Source: Monocercomonoides exilis PA203 (taxonomy: Eukaryota; Protista; Preaxostyla). From it: DNA of 64,000 bases. The stretch's first letter is position 1. The number at the start of each line of letters is the position of its first letter. Below are positions 60,726 through 64,000 of the stretch, in pieces. The position numbers and the translations under genes were made by a program. Under the pieces are notes generated by a model that was not told the origin of the DNA, ran no database searches, and was given only the letters and a program-made list of their open reading frames with translations. The DNA lies in the NCBI GenBank assembly GCA_001643675.2, contig LSRY02000051.1:124001-188000 (forward strand), read 5' to 3'.

Positions 60726-62073
60726 AATTGTTTTCTGAGCTGGAAAATTGCGATGAAGAAGATCAAGCGCAGAAGATTGAAGAAATGATTGGACCAATGG
60801 ACGACATGGACAGAGAAGAATCAATTCTGTTTTAACGACAGAGCTATTCAACAAAATCAACAAAATGATGGAGGAAGAGAAAATATCAATTGGAAATTCA
60901 GTTTTGCTGTTGAAGTCCATAGGATGTTGCAAAATGTTGAAATATTTATATAACACGCGCTTTGATGAATCTTTGTTGCTCGAGAGATTTGAGAAGATGA
61001 TAAATGATGAAAATGAGAAAAAAGAAGAGAAAAACGAAAAGCTTCTTGTTGATCTTTGCGAATGCTTTTTAATGTTAAATAACTCCTATTCATCAGAAGT
61101 GGATTCAATTTGCGTGCCTTGCTTGCTGAAAGTGGCTGCAAACAAAAATGAAAGCAAAGAAACGCAAAAAGAAGTGGAAATGACGTTGCTTGCATTGAGT
61201 AACATTCTCTATTTTGTATAAGCATTTCTTTTTCATTTTTGATATTATTGTTTTCTTTTCTCTGTATTTTTATTGTTAGAAAATTGGAAAAGATCTGTAT
61301 TTGAATGAAATCAAAGAGATTATCTTGAATCATCAGGAGCATCAGAATCTAACACGACTTGTCTGTCAGTCTGCTTGGGGGTTTTTGGTGCATAGATTTT
61401 GCCAGTGTTTCTCATCTGAAATTTTTATTGCGAATGGACTGCATATAGTAATAGAGGTGACAAAGGAACTGGAGAGTTGTTGAAGAGCGTGGATCGGAAG
61501 AAGAAAGAAGAAGAGGAAAAAGGAAAAGAGATAAAAGAAGAGTTTGCTATGATAGGATGGTTCGGAACTTTGAAGTGCTCTTTCCTCAATTGCTAATTGT
61601 GGAATGAAGAATTTGTGGGAATAATCGACGGAATTTCAAGAACGTTCAGAGCAGCAAAAGAGAACAATAGAGGTATTAGCTACTGGTGCATTTATATTTT
61701 TTAAGCAGCAGCTTAAAATAGAGCTGTGAAAGTTGATGACGTATTGAAAGGCGGAGCTTTTGATCTCGTTTTGGAGGAGATTCAGCGACCAACATTGGAC
61801 GACAATTTTTTGAAGTGCTGCATCAAATGCTTTTTGGATATTTCACAGCGATTAAAATTAAAGGATATTGAAACTGAGGAAGCGAAAAGAAAGACAACAA
61901 CAATAGAGATACATGAAAAGATGGAGGAAGAAGGATACGAAGATGTGATCACTTGCTTTCATGAAAGATTGGAACTTCTTCACAGAAAATATTATCGTGC
62001 CTTATCGTTGAATATTTCTGATTATTTTGTATTCTTTTGTATCAAAAGCGCTTTTTTATTACAAACTTTTTGA
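60726..62073 (+). pseudogene. Pseudogenised paralogue of the 56069-57544 gene
   Basis: Same motifs (LLVDLCECFL, ETQKEVEMTLLALSNI, HQEHQNLTRL, KMEEEGYED) and the same second-intron position. Frameshifts near 60830 and 61480, and several in-frame stops at 61.59-61.72 kb. Confidence 0.82.
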
Positions 62074-62110
62074 AAATTGTATTTGTCAAGTCAGAAAAAT
62101 AAAGGAACCA

Positions 62111-62591
62111 GAAGAAGAAGAAGAAGAAGAAGAAGAAGAAGAAGAAGAAGAAGAAGAAGAAGAAGAAGAAGAAGATTGGAGGAAATTGATTGAAAGTCGA
62201 AAAGACTGCTTGACAGAGATACGGGCATTGCCAATTCATTCTTCATCTATCTTCATCTTCATCTTCTTCTGTTTCAGCTATATCGAGTACTCCTGCATTA
62301 TCATTCATTTCATCATCATCATCTTCTTCTTCTTCTTCTTCTTCTTCTTCTTCTTCTTTTTCTTCTTCTTCTTCTTCTTCTTCTTCTTCTTCTTCTTCTT
62401 CTTCTTCTTCTTCTTCTTCTTCTTCTTCTTCTTCATCTTCTTCTTCTTCTTTTTCTTCTTCTTCTTCTTCTTTTTCTTCTTCTTCTTCTTCTTCTTCTTC
62501 TATTTTTAATTCTTCTTCTTCTCTTTCTTCTTCTTCTCTTTCTTCTTCTTCTTCTTCTCCTTCTTCTTCTCCTTCCTCTTCCTCTTCTTCT

Positions 62592-62623
<32 letters not shown>

Positions 62624-62690
62624 TTCTTCTTCTTTTTCTTCTTCTTCCTCTTCTTTTTCTTCTTCTTCTTCTTCTTCTTCTTCTTCTTCT
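62111..62690. repeat. (GAA)21 tract followed by a long imperfect (TTC)n tract
   Basis: GAA at 62111-62173; TTC-rich sequence at ~62320-62690. Confidence 0.93.
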
Positions 62691-63929
62691 ATTGATTCTG
62701 CTTTTGAATCCACAACTTCATTAAACAGATTGCATCAACGCAACATCTTTTCTTCTCGGTCAAAGCCTCTTCTTTGGAATCGTCAAGGAGATTCTGCATT
62801 TCCAGTGAACAATTCTGTGATATCAGAATATGAGCTCTTCTTCCACCCACATTTCCGTCTTTTCACAACACTTGATTCTTCCTGCGACAAAGTGTCCACG
62901 TCCCAATTGAGATCAGCTGCCGATGCGATATCCTTCTCACTCTTTGCGCATTTCAGAGCCAACCAATCAATTTCTCTTCATTATTCTCTTTCTTGTCTGC
63001 CAGAGTTGTTCAACAAAAGAGGAGAAAGCAGAGAGCCCTCCTCGTCGTGCAAGGGCATTGGGCTCACAGCTCTTTCGTCTGTAGTGAAGCACGGCTTTGT
63101 TGGGATTGATTGCCTCGATAGCTCTCTACGAATTGTCGAGAAATGCCCAATTCGCTGCACATCAGACACAGCCTCCAGAAAAAACAATTTAGGAACACAT
63201 GATAAGAATTCGTGTTTGAGCGAAAAAGATGCATCGAATAACTCAGGCATCTGCTCAAGCATATCAGATGCTTTTGAGGCAAATGCCGTTAACAGCTCTT
63301 TGGTTGTGCAAAATGGAGATCAATTGGCATTTGTGAAAGTTGTGGATGTATCTACAGAGGAGCTGAAGGGATATATTATGAAACATGGCCCATGTGATAT
63401 CACATTCACTGCTGAGCAAAACAAAATCGACACTTTAATCGCAGGATGGAATTACGAAATGTCTGTTCTCGGAGAGAATGATAATACAGCAGAAAATGCA
63501 AATGCATTCACTCCAAACTCAAAGGACGCAAACGAAAAGATCACCCGCTCGGTCACTGTGCTTGGATGGGGTGTATCGCCTTCGAATTCAAAGCACTCAA
63601 GTGAAATTGAGTATTGGCTTGTAAAAGATCAAGATAAGCTGAAGCATTCTTCTGATAGCACAGTTGATTATTACGCAGATGCCAGCACTGCAAGTCTTTC
63701 TGATCATTTTGAAGCAACTTCAAACTCTGTTCCTCGTGCAATCAGAGACACATATCGCGTTGCAATTTTATCCAAACTTTCAACGAAAGATCACTTGACT
63801 GCTCTTTTCTTCCCTGCAACTGTTGAAACTCGTGGAGACGTTGGAGGATCATTTCACGTGAATATTCCATATAAGATCAGCATCGTTTTAGGTTTAATTC
63901 TTTTGCTGTTTTCTTCTTCGCTTCTTTAG
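62214..63929 (+). CDS. Cathepsin-B-like (papain C1A) inactive peptidase homologue with an N-terminal poly-Ser tract and a C-terminal hydrophobic anchor; start codon unresolved
   Basis: Frame is open from 62214. Motifs AADAIS, ISLHYSLSC, SCKG, IMKHGP, SVTVLGWG and EYWLVKD. C-terminus ISIVLGLILLLFSSSLL. Confidence 0.72.
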
Positions 63930-64000
63930 AAAAGATTTTCATTATTTTTCTCAAACTCTTTTGATTAAGCTTCTCCTATTTCTTGGATTGGTATTAATAT

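Overview
Eukaryotic, AT-rich DNA with short (about 50-80 nt) GT-AG introns and the standard genetic code. Gene families and composition suggest an oxymonad/metamonad protist such as Monocercomonoides, but this is an inference. Host genes: a 2830-aa low-complexity hypothetical protein; a PCIF1/CAPAM-type cap m6Am methyltransferase that appears to lack the WW domain; a RalGAP-alpha-like RapGAP protein with the Asn thumb replaced by Lys; an NDP kinase; a 2593-aa beta-helix surface receptor with a kinase-like C-lobe; two paralogues of a helical family (one intact, one pseudogenised); and a membrane-anchored cathepsin-B-like pseudopeptidase. The rest is a layered nest of transposons: three decayed pogo-type elements (one DD35D; two share an intron); a decayed Helitron whose RepHel has an AT-hook first exon; a 2.2-kb foldback derivative of one pogo family with 424-bp arms inside the Helitron; four copies of a ~255-bp GGGTGAT-terminated MITE; and two copies of a second MITE that bracket the Helitron in inverted orientation. 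All alignments and family calls were made by eye.
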